NCBI GenBank assembly: GCA_013265495.1
Contig: MU057640.1
Coordinates: forward strand, 1,683,303-1,747,302
Source of the DNA: Vicugna vicugna
Lineage: Eukaryota
Length of the DNA: 64,000 bases
Reading direction: 5' to 3'
This document shows positions 12,560-24,224 of this stretch, one piece after another. The position numbers and the translations under genes were made by a program. The notes below the pieces were generated by a model that was not told the origin of the DNA, did no database searches, and saw only the letters and a list, made by a program, of their open reading frames with translations. Every line of letters begins with the position of its first letter. The first letter of the stretch is position 1.

Positions 12560-14510
12560 GCTCTAAGGGCTTGTTTGGAAGATTAATGCTGGAAACTCCA
12601 TCTGGCAGCCAGGTCCTGGCGCTTCTATTGGTCATAAATGTTAAGGAATGTCCCTACGGACTCGTTCTCGCTGCGAGAGCAGAGTACACTCCTTCTTCAG
12701 GAGTGGCCCTTTGTATGTTCGAAAATAGCTCCCCTATTGCCACTGTCTACTTCTTTCCAAAGTAAGTATTCCCACACCACTGCCACACCTTTTGCCATCT
12801 TGAGTGGGTTTCTGTTTTAGCATCGACCCTCTTAAAATGTGATTCGCAGTGCAGAACACTTCAGACACGACAATGAACACTGCACGTCCCTGCAGCCCGT
12901 TTGGGACCTCCGGAGCCTAGTAGTATGACTCAAGTTCATATGAACACTTTCGGCAGCCACTTTTCACCATTTCCTCGTGATGAACCTGTCTTCAGTTGCA
13001 GCCTCTCTGCCTCTCTGCCACCTGCTGCTGTTGTCTCTCCCCCACCTTATATTTGCGGACCTATTTTGTTGCTGTTTGCGTGTTTGTTTTGTTTTAGCCC
13101 TTTCACTTTTCATTCTGTTTACGTTTATTCTTTTAAGTGTGGTCTATCATTCTGAACATTTTTTTAAATGATGATTTTATTATCTGACTCATAAGCTGTC
13201 CCAGATAGTTTCATGTCATAAGAGTGTCAGCAAAGTCCTCATCCAGCTAATAGCAAAGTTTCTGGAATCCATTAAGCAGAGGTTTTAGTCCTCACTCCAC
13301 TTGCTAGTTATGTGATGTTGAACAAACTTATTGTCCATTTTGAGCCAATGGAGTGATGATAAAAATGGTACCTACCTTTAGGATTGACTATAGAGTGCTT
13401 AGCACTGTGCCTCGAATATATGAAGCACCTAATGAAAGGTAATGTTTGTTAGTACTAGTGATTAAAATGCCAAAAAGAAGCTGCCGGAAAAGAGCTCCTC
13501 GGCAAGCCGCTGGAAACTGCCCCACGGTTTGCACGTGCCCATTCACCAACAGCTTGTGGGGATGGTCTTCATAGTCTTGCATCCACCTACAGCATCATCA
13601 CAGAAACTTCATTTTGTTTATAAGGTTACGATGAGAGGTGTTGTCATACATGTTGCTCAAATCTAGATGAGCTCTGCTGTAGCACTCGGCCCACATCTGT
13701 GGAAAAGGAAATGAGATCGGTCTGCCCTTGTTCTTTCCTGGGCAGCCCTTGCTTGCTGGCCTCCAGGGTTCACTGCTTTCCTTTATAGGAGCTAATGGAC
13801 GATTTATTCAGCAACTGTCAACATTACTGAGAGGTGGTTTTCACACTCAGGTTCAACAGAGTGCCTCAGATGTGCCCCCTTTCCAGGGGAAGAGCGGGGA
13901 GGCAAAATGGGGGTGTTCCTAGTTTCCCATTCCTGTGCCACCCGGCGCACCTCCGCTGTGACCAGTTTTCTATATCTGAGTTTCATAGCTTCAGATTGCA
14001 TTTTTTTAAAAAGGGCACTTGAGGGGATCTGAGAGCCAACACTTGGAAACAACTGGTCTTAGCTGTTCTGAGATCTCACCGTTTTATTCCTCGAATATAA
14101 AAACACCTTCCAGGTCTTTATAATCTGTCAAAAACCACGAGACTAGGACAGCAAGTCTATCCGCAACAAGTTCTTTCTGACTCCTGGGATGTAGCTGGAC
14201 TCAGATCCACCTGAGATGCCGGGAACCCTGGACTCCTGGCTTCTCCTGGCTTCTGTTCGTGCTCATCACCTCCTGAGGCGCCCCTTCCAGAATGAAGAGC
14301 TTCCTCTCTGCCCAGGAGGCCTGCGGGACCCAGTAGCTGTCTTCTCAATCATCTGTTATCATTACACAACCTGCTGCAAGCAAAAGGCCTGTGTCTTCCT
14401 CATTCTTCTCGCTCCTAGAGCTGAAAAAGCCCATTGCGTCGTCTCAGCAGGGCACGCAGACCCAGCTGCTCTGGGCTGGGGAATCCTTGCGGCTTTTACA
14501 AGGTGGGAAT
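12560..14510 (-). mobile_element. L3/CR1 LINE fossil covering the ORF2 reverse-transcriptase region, interrupted by a MIR
   Basis: Minus ORF 13388-13582 (KLLVNG...LFRQLLFGILIT) aligns by eye with CR1 RT 'RVVVNG...GSVLGPVLFNIFIND'; nucleotide blocks at ~12660-12730, ~12830-12870, ~13630-13790 and ~14340-14505 follow the antisense L3 consensus in colinear order. Confidence 0.75.
13262..13460 (+). mobile_element. MIR inserted in L3
   Basis: ctccacttgctagttatgtgatgttgaacaaactta...gtgcttagcactgtgcct...aagcacctaatgaaaggt. Confidence 0.7.
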
Positions 14511-14744
14511 GACTCAGTCTCTCAATTTCTCCCTCTCTCTCTCATTTCTATTCTTGCTCTTTTCTTTTGTTCTTAAATCATGTGTATGTGGCGGCCTTTC
14601 TAATCCTCTTTGGGTTTTAAAGACATCCTTCTCTCCCTTGTTTGTGTGCTCTTGTTTTTTGTTCTTACACTAAGTTTCTCATGGTGCTCTCTGCATAATC
14701 ACATCTCATTCTGTGGCTATTTCTCCACCCTCACCCCCAGACTC

Positions 14745-14880
14745 CATTCATTTAGAAAGTATTTGTCAAGGTTTAACTGTGTGCCAGACACTGGGCTGAG
14801 CCCTGGGGCTATAACACATGGTTTCTATTCTCAAGAAGCTGGGAGGAATAGACAAACAGGCAGTTACAATACAGTGACTG
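14745..14880 (-). mobile_element. L2 3' end
   Basis: cattcatttagaaagtatttgtcaagg...tgtgtgccagacactgggctgagccctgggg. Confidence 0.65.
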
Positions 14881-15094
14881 TTTTGCCACGATTCCATTTT
14901 TTGCTATTTTCCCTCTCTTTTGAGCTTTTTTCCCCCCTCTCTTTTTGAGCTCTTTTGAGCTCTCTTTTTTGCTTTTTAGAACCTGAGACCATAGGATAAC
15001 TCTGCAGCAAGTAACGACCTCTACCAGTTACGAAAGAACATGACTTTATGCAGATTGGAGCCTGAGCAATGGGTTTATAGTAAAGAGATAGGGA

Positions 15095-15310
15095 AGTGGC
15101 AGATATTAAACGCCTACTGCATGCTAACCATTCTCCTGGGACCTCTAATATACAGTGTCTTGCTTGTTCGTCACAATTACCAAAGAAGGAGATCTTATAA
15201 TGCTCATTGCACAGGGAGGAAGGTCGATGAGGAGAGCCCAGGGTCACAGAGCTATAAATCAAGATGCTGGGATTCCCATCCAGGTTTGTCTTTCCACGGA
15301 GTCATGTTGC
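15095..15310 (-). mobile_element. MIR, degraded
   Basis: ctcattgcacagggaggaagg...ggtcacagagctataaat...gctgggattccc. Confidence 0.55.
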
Positions 15311-16721
15311 AGAACTCAGCCTTCTTTGACATGGCGCCCTGACCTTCCAAATCTTTCTTTTGCTCAATGTACGTTTCTCATCCCCGCTTCTCAACTCAGC
15401 CTGGCTCAGAACTCACTTCTTCCAGCAGCCTTCATTAACTGCCCCAGAATATTCTTTAATTCTACGCCATCCCTCTGGGGTTTTTCATTATTTTGTACTA
15501 GTTGACTTTTGCTTTACAGCCATGCAGGCATTATTGTGTATTTATGTCCCTGGCTTTCCTAACTGAGTTAGGAAATTCCTGGAGGGCTGAGTTTATCTCA
15601 CCTTGGTGACCAGCACAAGGTGTCCCCGTTGTGATCACAATCTCCTTTAGACTCAAGTCTCTGACCTTTCCTCTTCTCCTCCCTCGCTGGATGTTTGTTC
15701 CATGTCCTTTTCCTCTTTATTTGTGGGTGTTTAAACCTCCTTTGCTCAACGGAGTGATTAAAATCCAGGTCTCTCCCCAACTAGGTAGCCAGACAGCTTC
15801 AGTAGTTGCCTTTATAGGCTCTCTCCATGGTAGGGGGTTGTGACCCACCAGCTCTAAGGAACAGCTGAAGCCAGAGCACACTTTTCCCTCCTTCCACTGG
15901 GACATAGCCAGCGCGACTCCATTCCCTCTAATTTATGATGTCCTCTGAGACCACAGCTGGTGCTCTGAGGGACTCGGAGCTCTCCTCTCTTCTCTGGGAT
16001 CCGCCCCTACCATTTAATAGTAGCCAGAGCTTCTGCTGTATTCATGAGACATATGGCATTTTCCTATGGAACCTATAAGTTTCCCCCTCCACCCTCTCCT
16101 TTTTTTTTTTTTTAATTCACAAACATTTTCCAGACCGTGTTCAACAAGTAAGGCCACAGTTTTCATTGCCATCCCTGTAGGCAAATTCTTCAGATGGCTG
16201 GAGAACAGGTAATGGTGTCATAGGACATCCTGTGTGGGAGTTTGCTATTTTTTTCTTCTCTTCTCTGCAAAGTGCACTTATCTTAACTGCAGTCTGTGAA
16301 TCACTCATCTCTGACACGTGTTCCCAGCCCCTGACATTGCTGTGTAAGCAACACTGCCGTTGTCCTCAAGTGGACAAAACAGTCAGCGCAGGGAAGAGGG
16401 TGAGCTTCCACACCACCGCCAAGCCTCTCTGTCCATCTCTGCACCTGCCAAAGAGGGCCCTTTCCTGCTCTCCCGGATCCATCCCCACACGGACGACTCT
16501 CTGAGCAGGTGTGTTGGCATTTGCTTGCCCATCATTTTGTAAACAGAGAAAGTAAATATTCTGGGTAAAAAAACTCATTCAGGGACAAGAAAGTTGGTGA
16601 CAAGAACCACACAAATGGCTTCCAGGATCCAGACCCTGTCTGTCCTAACTTTGTCTGTCCCGAGTCTACTGAGGGAGCCTGGAAGTCCAGCGCCCGCCCT
16701 GCACCCAGAGAAAACTCAGGT

Positions 16722-16960
16722 GTCATTCACTGAGCACTTTTTATGTGCCAGACAGTGTTCTAAGAGCGTTTTGTGTATTAAATTTTTTAACTTTTACACA
16801 ACCCAGGAAGGAGGATCTATTACTCTCCCCATTTGGGACATGAGGGAACCAAGATGTACCAAATAGAGATGGTAAGCAGTGTGTCCAAAACCACATGCTA
16901 ATCAACAGCACGGCTAGAGTTTGAACCCTGGTCGCTATCTCCGAATGGATGCTCTGTTCG
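16722..16960 (-). mobile_element. MIR
   Basis: cactgagcactttttatgtgccagacagtgttctaagagcg...ccccatttgggacatgagggaacc...gagtttgaaccc. Confidence 0.8.
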
Positions 16961-17296
16961 CGCAGTGAATGCATCTCTCAGAGAAAGTGGGAAGGGATCA
17001 GCGGTGGATCTTGTTGGTGGCCCAGAAAGAGCCAAAGAGCAGGGGCCCCAGTTCCAGGCAATGAGCCACAGGTGACTGAACTCCCAGTCTGACTTGTTTA
17101 GAGGTTGACATAGAAGTGATCAGAAGATTCTCAAAAGTTTCCCTGTACTTTCCAAGAATCCCACAGGAAGCAGCTCTCCCTTCCTGCCATCAGACAGTGT
17201 GGTGAGCGGGTAGATGGGATGCTTGGAGCTGCTGCAGCATCTTAGAAGCACAAGGGACAAGGCAAGGATGAGACCAATGTATGGGAATGGCAGAGG

Positions 17297-17761
17297 GGGA
17301 TGAAATAAAATTCATATTTTATGGCAAGACAAGAAAAATTTAAACATAAAGTATTTCTCCTCCTGTTAGGGCCCCCTCCCTCCCTTATAGTGTGTATTGT
17401 GTATGTATTAACCAGACCTCCTCAGAAGACAGCAGTTCTTCTTAATCTCATTAAGGGTCACAGCTGCTTAGGAGATAATCTTCCTTCTTAATCTTCGGGG
17501 TCTCCAGGACCCATGGCCATTACTCACTTTGTATGGCTTTGCAAGTGTAGATCTGGATTGTGTAAACTGTCAATAATATGTTGTTTGACACTGAACCCTT
17601 TGTCTCAAAAACTTATGTAACTGTGCTTTGGCCTCTAATGGGAAGAGCAGTCCTCAGAGCTTTCTGGAAAGACTGTCCCCCTGGTTATAATCCTCAGGGT
17701 GGCTTGAATAAAATGTCCCGTTTCTTTCTTAGATAGATTATTGATTAATTTTTCATCAACA
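17297..17761 (+). mobile_element. ERV1-like solo LTR (~465 bp)
   Basis: Ends ...tttcatcaaCA; gatgaaa/tttcatc terminal inverted motif; AATAAA at 17707-17712; direct repeat agagg at 17292-17296 and 17762-17766; the 5' TG is not intact. Confidence 0.7.
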
Positions 17762-17877
17762 AGAGGAAAGGGAGAAAGAACTAGGCCACTGAACATCAGG
17801 GATAATCAATCTCAGAACCACCTCGTCTCTGTGTGTCTTTAATAACGTGAGATACTAGCTTTTCCTTAGTGTTTACC

Positions 17878-18083
17878 CAGGGCTTCTCAGCCTCAGCATT
17901 TCCGGCGTTTTTGGCAGAAGAATCCTTTGTTGTGGGGTGTCCTGTGCACTGTGGGGGTGTTCAGCAGCATCTTGGCCTCGACCCACTAGATGCCAGTAGC
18001 ATCTAGTTTGACAACCAAAAATGTCTCCAGACAGTCCAAGTGTCCTCTGTGGACGTAAAACTGACTATTGCTGAGAATCACTG
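17878..18083. mobile_element. MER20 hAT MITE
   Basis: cagggcttctcagcc...cccactagatgccagtagca...gacaaccaaaaatgtctccagaca...tgagaatcactg. Confidence 0.9.
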
Positions 18084-18176
18084 GATTAAGCCCTTTGTCT
18101 CCAAATGGAGTGTACGCAGGGTTACTCCTTGATCCATCTGGTTGTAGGAAGAAGGTATTAGAACCTCTATTTGTAA

Positions 18177-20451
18177 GCAGGTGAAAACTAACGAAAGCAA
18201 TATAAGGGACCTATGGGATAATATGAAATGTGCCAATCTATGCATAATAGGGGTCCCAGAAGGAGAAGAGAGAGAAAAGGGGATTGAAAAGGTATTTGAA
18301 GAAATCATGACTGAAAACTTCCCAAACCTAAAGAAGGAATCAAATATCCAAATACAGGAATCACAAATATTACCAAAAAAGAACTCAAACAGACCTACAC
18401 CAAGACATATTATAATTAAGATGGCCAAGGTTAGAGATAAAGAAATGATTCTAAAGGCAGAAAAAGAAAAAGAGGACGCTAATGAACACATCTACAAAAC
18501 AGAAACAGACTCCCCAAAAGTAAACAATTTTATGGTTACCAGAGGGAAGGCAGGTAGAAAGGGATAAATTTTGAAGTTAGAGATTAGCAAAGGTTGGGGG
18601 AAGGGTATATAGCTCAAGTGGTAAATCTCATACTCAGCACCCAAGAGGTCCCGAGTTCAAATCCGCAGTACCTCCTCCAAGTGGAAATCAGTGAAGAAAC
18701 CTAATCACCTCCCGCTCAGAAAACAAACAGTACGAGATTAGCAAAGGTTAACCACTATACATATAAATAGATAAAAAACAAATTTCTTCTATATAGCACA
18801 GTGAACTATATTCAGTATCTTGTAATAACCTTTAATGAAAAAGAACATGAAAAGAAATATCTGTATATATATATGCATCACTGGGACAGTATGCTGTACA
18901 CCAGAAATTGACACGTCATAACTGACTATACTTCATTTTAAACAAATACAAGAAAATAAAGCCCCATAGTATTGTTACCAAAACAGACATATGGCTCAAA
19001 GGAACAGAATAGAGAGCCCAGAAATAAACCCACAGATTTTGGTCAATTAATTTTTTACAAAGGAGGCAAGAATATACAGTGGAGTAAAGAGAGCCAATAC
19101 AGGAAATCATGCTGAGAAAACTGGATAGCTCCGTGTTAATCAATACATTTCAAATAGTCCCTCATACCTATAGAAAAATAAACTCAAAATGGCTTAAAGC
19201 CATAAGATCAGACACTATAGACCTCTTAGAAGAAAACACAGGCAAAACACTATCTGACATAAATCTTGGTAAATTCTCCTATGTCAGTCTACCCAGGCAA
19301 AGAAATAAAAGCAAAAATAAACAAGGGGGCTTAGTTTAAGTTAAAAGATTTTGTACAGCAAAGGAAAGCAAAGCAAAACAAAAAGACAACCTACAGAACA
19401 GGAGAAACTCTTTGCAAAAGAGGAGACTGACAAGGGCATAATTGCCAGAATGTATCATCAGCTCATATAACTTAATAATAATAAAAAAGCAACCCAATGC
19501 AAAAATGGGCAGAAGGCCTAAATAAGCTATTCTCCAATGAAGACATACAAATGGCCAATAGGCACATGAAAAAAATGCTCAACATCGCTAATTATCAGGG
19601 AAATTCAAATCAAAGCCACAATGAGGTATCACCTCTCACCAGTCAGCATGGCTATCATTCAAAAGTTCACAAACAATAAATGCTGGAGAGGGTGTGGAGA
19701 AAAGGCGACCTACCTACACTGCTGGTGGCAATGTAGTTTGGTACAGACGTTACAGAAGGCAGTCTGGAGATTCCTCAGAAAACTAGAAATACTCTTCCCA
19801 AAGGATCCAGCAATCCCACTCCTGGGTATATATCCAGAGGGAACTCTCATTGGAAAACATACATGCACCCCAACGTTCATAGCAGCGCTATATACTATAG
19901 CAAAGACATGGAAGCAACCTAAATGACAGGTGACTGGATAAAGAAGCTGTGGTATATTTATACAATGGAATACTACTGAGCAATAAAAAAGAATAAAATA
20001 ATGCCATTTGCAGAAACGTGAATGGAACTGGAGATCGTCATAGTAAGTGAAGTAAGCCAAAAAGAGAAAAAAAATACCATATGAGAACGCTCATATATGG
20101 AATCTAAAAAAAAACCAAAGAAAGAAAGAAAAAAGAGGACACTAATGAACTCATCTACAAAACAGAAACAGACTTGCAGACACAGTAAACAATCTTATGG
20201 TTACCAGGGGGAAGGGGGTGGAAAGGGATAAATTTGGGCATTTGAGATTTGCAAATGTTAACCACTATATACAAAGTGGAAAAAAAACAAATTTCTTCTG
20301 TATAGCACAGGGAAATATATTCAATATCTTGTAATAACCTTTAATGAAAAAGAATATGGAAATGAATATATGTATATATATGTATGACTTGGACATTATG
20401 CTGTACATCAGAAATTGACCCATTGTAAATTGACTGTACTTCAATTTAAAA
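18177..20451 (+). mobile_element. composite L1: ORF1 fragment, then 3' UTR, then ORF2 3' part, then second 3' UTR
   Basis: ORF 18181-18567 has L1 ORF1p motifs (NLCIIGVPEGEE, EEIMTENFPNL, TPRHIIIK); 3' UTR ~18466-18960; ORF2 peptides in 19109-19926; second 3' UTR to ~20451. Confidence 0.92.
18596..18733 (+). mobile_element. tRNA-derived SINE (vic-1-like)
   Basis: A box tagctcaagtgg, B box gagttcaaatcc; perfect 16-bp TSD gagattagcaaaggtt at 18580-18595 and 18734-18749. Confidence 0.92.
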
Positions 20452-20719
20452 AAATTCTAAGTGTAATTGTTTTCTCTCAGCCTCTAAATTTTTCTAGTTA
20501 CAGTTTTATCATGGATGTAAATATTGGTACAATAACATAAGAACATAATTTAAAAATAAATGCATGTTTTAGAGATAATGTTCAAAAACTTTTTTTTGCA
20601 ATAGGAATATGTGATCACAAAAATTTGGAAACTACTTGTTTAAATCCCTTCTGGTTCAATTTCCTGTTCCTTGCAGCCAAACGCCAACTCCTTAAGAGGA
20701 TAATAGTAGCTAATTATAA

Positions 20720-21530
20720 TGTGATTTATAATAACAAATATATGTTTGGTCTTCATCCCACTCCTGGCATAGAGCTCCTAAAATTTCCTAAGTGATAGGA
20801 GCAAGAAGGCTATTTATAGCAACCCCTTTCAACCTGAGCTTTTATCAATGAAGTGACTTTTGAAAAGCCCCTAAGGATGGAGGCTGGTTGTCAGGGGAAC
20901 CAGTTGTGTGACTGGAAGATTGGAACTTCAGCCCCCATGTCCCCAGGCTGCTGAGAAGGAGAGAGGGGCTAGAGGTTGAGTTAATCACCAATGATGAATA
21001 ATTTAATCTATTGTGCCTACAGAACGGACCCTCCATAAAAGCTCAAGAGGATGAGTTAAGAGAGCTTCTGGGTTGAGGTCCTGGCAGGGAATAGAAGAGG
21101 GGATGGAAACTCCCCACTACGTCCCACTTCTTACATTGCCCAGTAGCTCTCTTCCATCTGGCTGCTCCTGAGTTATATCCTTTGTAATAAACTAGTCAGT
21201 TGTTTCTCTGAGTTCTGTGAGCTACTTAAGCAAATTAATCAACCCCAAGGAGGGGTTCATGGGAACATTTAATTTACAGCTGATTGTACGAAAGCACAAA
21301 TGACAGCCTGGACATGCAACTGGCATCCAGAGGGAGGGGCAGAATTGTAGGACTGAGCCCTTAACCTGCAGCATCTCATCTCCAGGTAGGTGGTGTCAGA
21401 ACTGAGTTAAATTGTTGGAATCCCAGCTGGTATCAGAGAATTGCTTGGTGTGGGAAAATCACCTAGCTGGTCACAGAAGTATTCAGTGTGGGTAGCAGAG
21501 AGGAGGAGAAAATAGAATTTTTCCTTATAC
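20720..21530 (+). mobile_element. MER21C-like ERVL LTR inserted in a MIR
   Basis: tgtgatttataataacaaatatatgtttggtc...cctggcatagagctcctaaaa...ggactgagcccttaacctg...ggtgtcagaactgagttaaattg. Confidence 0.85.
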
Positions 21531-21745
21531 TAATACGTACAAATGTTTACCGTGTACCAGACACTGTTTCAAGTCATCACTTAATCCTTACAACAACGTT
21601 AAGTGGTGGGTCCTATCATCTCCTCATCTTATAAGCATGAGAGGTTAAATCACTCGCCTGATTCAGAAATCTGGTCCATGACAGAGCCAGGGTTAGAACC
21701 CAAGCAGACTAGCTCCAGAGCCAGTGTACCTGACTGTCCTGCTTT
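21531..21745 (-). mobile_element. MIR
   Basis: tgtaccagacactgtttcaag...cacttaatccttacaacaac...gagccagggttagaacccaagcagact. Confidence 0.75.
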
Positions 21746-22801
21746 ACCGGGTCCCGGCTTCACTTCACAAATAAGGAAGCAGAGCCCTAAGGAACTTGAA
21801 GAACTTCTGCAGCCAAAGCAGCATATCAGGGCAGAACCAAGAATAGACAAGGACAGAAGGCAGTCGAAATGGCCCAAGAGGCATCCGGTCAGCCTCCAGG
21901 GCAGGAGGTGGGCTCAGCTCTATCCCAACCGGGAGATGGCATTTCTCATGGAAATGTTAGGAAACAGATGCATCTCTGCTTCTCTCTCTGACTCCCCCCT
22001 CCCCACGTCTAATGGATGTGAACCCCCACTCCTACCCCAAATCTGATCTATCACTTTCAAGTCATTTCCAAGTGTTGGGAACCCCAGAAAGCTACCCCTA
22101 CCCTCTGATACATCCTTTACTTAAGAAGGAACAAGGAAAACTCTTTTCAATGGCTTGTACTGAGCAAATACGACTATGTTAATCCATTCACTTTCAAATT
22201 CCCTTTGTTTACTGACAGAAATTACCTGGCCACATTCTTTAAACTCAAAGTAATTTCTTCTAAGGGAAAGAGGATAAAATAAACTGAGCCTCTGACCTTA
22301 CGTATTAAAATAGCTTTACTTTTTCCTCAGAGTGTGGCAAAGCAGGGGCAGATTTTACTGTCTCCTCAAACCCTTCCATTTCCTCTTCTGAAAAGCTGCT
22401 TCTAACTGTAAGTGTGAGAACTATGGCCCAGGGGACTATTTCCTCCACAAAAAGGTGAATTAGTGAAAAAGTAGAGTGACCAATGCTGGAAGGATATTAC
22501 CAGAAAATACAAGTAAATGTGTCACCCGGGGGCAAGGTTACTAAAAATAAGCAGCAATGTACCAGAGCCATTCTGAGATTCTTCCTCGAATCCTTCCAGG
22601 ATTGAGCAGTTGAATAAATTGTTATAAAGGAAATACTGTTAAGCCAGGTGCTGCTCTGGACGGCAGAGGAACGAGGGTGATCATAATAGACAAAGTCCAC
22701 GCTCTCAAGAGCTCATCTCTAGAGGGCAAAAGACAGGCGATAAACAAATGAACCAGTAAGTATGCAATTTATCATGTGGAGATGACAGTTAGGGCAAGGG
22801 G

Positions 22802-23690
22802 TGTGATACTGATGAGATGGGGGTTTGGTTACTATGTATAAGAAGTACAGTTAGTCTTTGTCTCCAATTCCTGTCACAGAGCTCCTAAAACCCTTGGAAC
22901 TTCTTGAGTGACAGGAGGGTCTTTTGTTATTCATAAGGCAACCCTTTTGAGGAAACCTGAGTTTATGCTAATGAGGTGACTTGGCACAAGGCCTCTAGAT
23001 GGGCTCTGAGGATGGAAAAGACCAAGTGATCAAAGGGTTGTAACTTTCAGCCCAGCCCACTGACATCTGGGACAGGGAAGGAGGGGGTGCAGGTTAAACT
23101 CTGTAAAGACTTTTGTTTTTGTCTTCTTTTTTAATGGAGGTCCTGGGAATTGAATCCAGGACCTCATGCATGCTAAGCACACGCTTTACCATTGAGTTAT
23201 TCCTCAACCCCTATAAAGACTCTTGAACGATGAGACTTGATGAGTTTAGGGGCTGGTGAATGCATTCACATGCCAGAGAGGTTCCACACTCCAGTTACAT
23301 GGGGACAGAAGCTCCTGCGCTTGGGATCCTTCTAGACCTTGCCCTATGTACCTCTACATCTGGCTGTTCATCAGTATCCTTTACAGTATTCTTTATAATA
23401 AACTGGTAAATGTTTCTCCACCTTCTGTGAGACACTCCAGCAAATTAAACCCAACAAAGAGCCGTAGGAATCTCCAATTTATAGCCAGTCATTCAGAAGC
23501 ACAGGTAACAACCTGAACTTAAGGTTGATGTCTGAAGTTGGGGCAATCTTGTGGGACTGAGTCCTTAACCTGTGGGACATAACACTATCTCCAGGTAGAT
23601 AATGTTGAATGTAATTCAATTTGTAGGATACCCAATGAGTGTCTACCGAGAATCAGAGTATTCCTTGGTGGTGTTGGAAAATACATATCA
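22802..23690 (+). mobile_element. MER21A/B-like ERVL LTR
   Basis: cacagagctcctaaaacccttggaa...cctgagtttatgctaatgaggtgact...cttgtgggactgagtccttaacctgtggga. Confidence 0.85.
23112..23210 (-). mobile_element. tRNA-derived SINE (vic-1-like) within MER21
   Basis: T-rich tail, then atggaggtcctgggaattgaatccaggacctcatgcatgctaagca; TSD ct(g/a)taaagact at 23101-23111 and 23211-23221. Confidence 0.9.
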
Positions 23691-24224
23691 GAGTTAGGAA
23701 AGTTGGGCCATGAAGGCTTCTCTGATAAGGTAACATGTAAGCAGAGATCTGAAGGAAGTGAGGGAGTTAAGCCTTGTGGTTTTCTTGCAGAAGAAACAGC
23801 ACATGCAAGGGTCCTGAGGCAGGATTATGTTTAACCATAGTCAAGGAAGGGCAAGAAAGCCAGTGTGGCTACGGGCATCCATCATTCATTTTTAGGCTTA
23901 GGGAGGGCAAGGTTTGGGAATCTCTTCTCCCAGGATTTTTTGATGTGAAGTGAAGCAAAAGGATGATATTTTGTAAGGAAGTCAAAACAGAAGGGAAATG
24001 TAAAAGATGTTCTTACAGTGAGAAGCAGGGATTAAAAGAGACAAGGGGATGTAAGAAAAGAAGATGAAAGGGTATAGAAAGAAAAGAAAATGGTTAAATC
24101 CAAAAATAAAGATGGTCCCTTTTCCTCTGAGACAAGAACGACCGAGGCAAGATGCATTTAGGGGAGGCAGAGTTTACACCCTGCAGCCTCTGTTCTCCTT
24201 GGAAGGGAGGGCAGTGTGAAAATA

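Larger units (their letters stand above)
18090..20638. mobile_element. non-autonomous hAT-Charlie-type element split by L1 (halves ~18090-18176 and ~20452-20638)
   Basis: ggaagaaggtattagaacctctatt on the left continues as an AT-rich body ending gatcacaaaaatttggaaactact, a hAT-like terminus. Confidence 0.5.
17170..20695 (+). mobile_element. old MLT1 (J/K-like) LTR, split into three pieces (~17170-17296, ~17762-17877, ~20639-20695) by nested insertions
   Basis: gatgcttggagctgctgcagcatctt at the left, gtgagatactagcttttccttagtgttta in the middle, ttcctgttccttgcagccaaa as the LTR terminus. Confidence 0.55.
22610..23875 (-). mobile_element. L2 fragment split by MER21
   Basis: gacaaagtccacgctctcaagagctc on the left; gaaggcttctctgataaggtaacat...agcacatgcaagggtcctgaggcagg on the right. 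Confidence 0.7.

Noticed and set aside
15640..16420. Possible further 5' continuation of the CR1/L3 element
   Set aside because: Similarity by eye was too weak to support; it needs a profile search.
18181..18567. ORF1-like 128-aa ORF as a functional or domesticated gene
   Set aside because: GTG start at the truncation point, lacks the ORF1p N-terminal coiled coil, and its C-terminus is translated 3' UTR.
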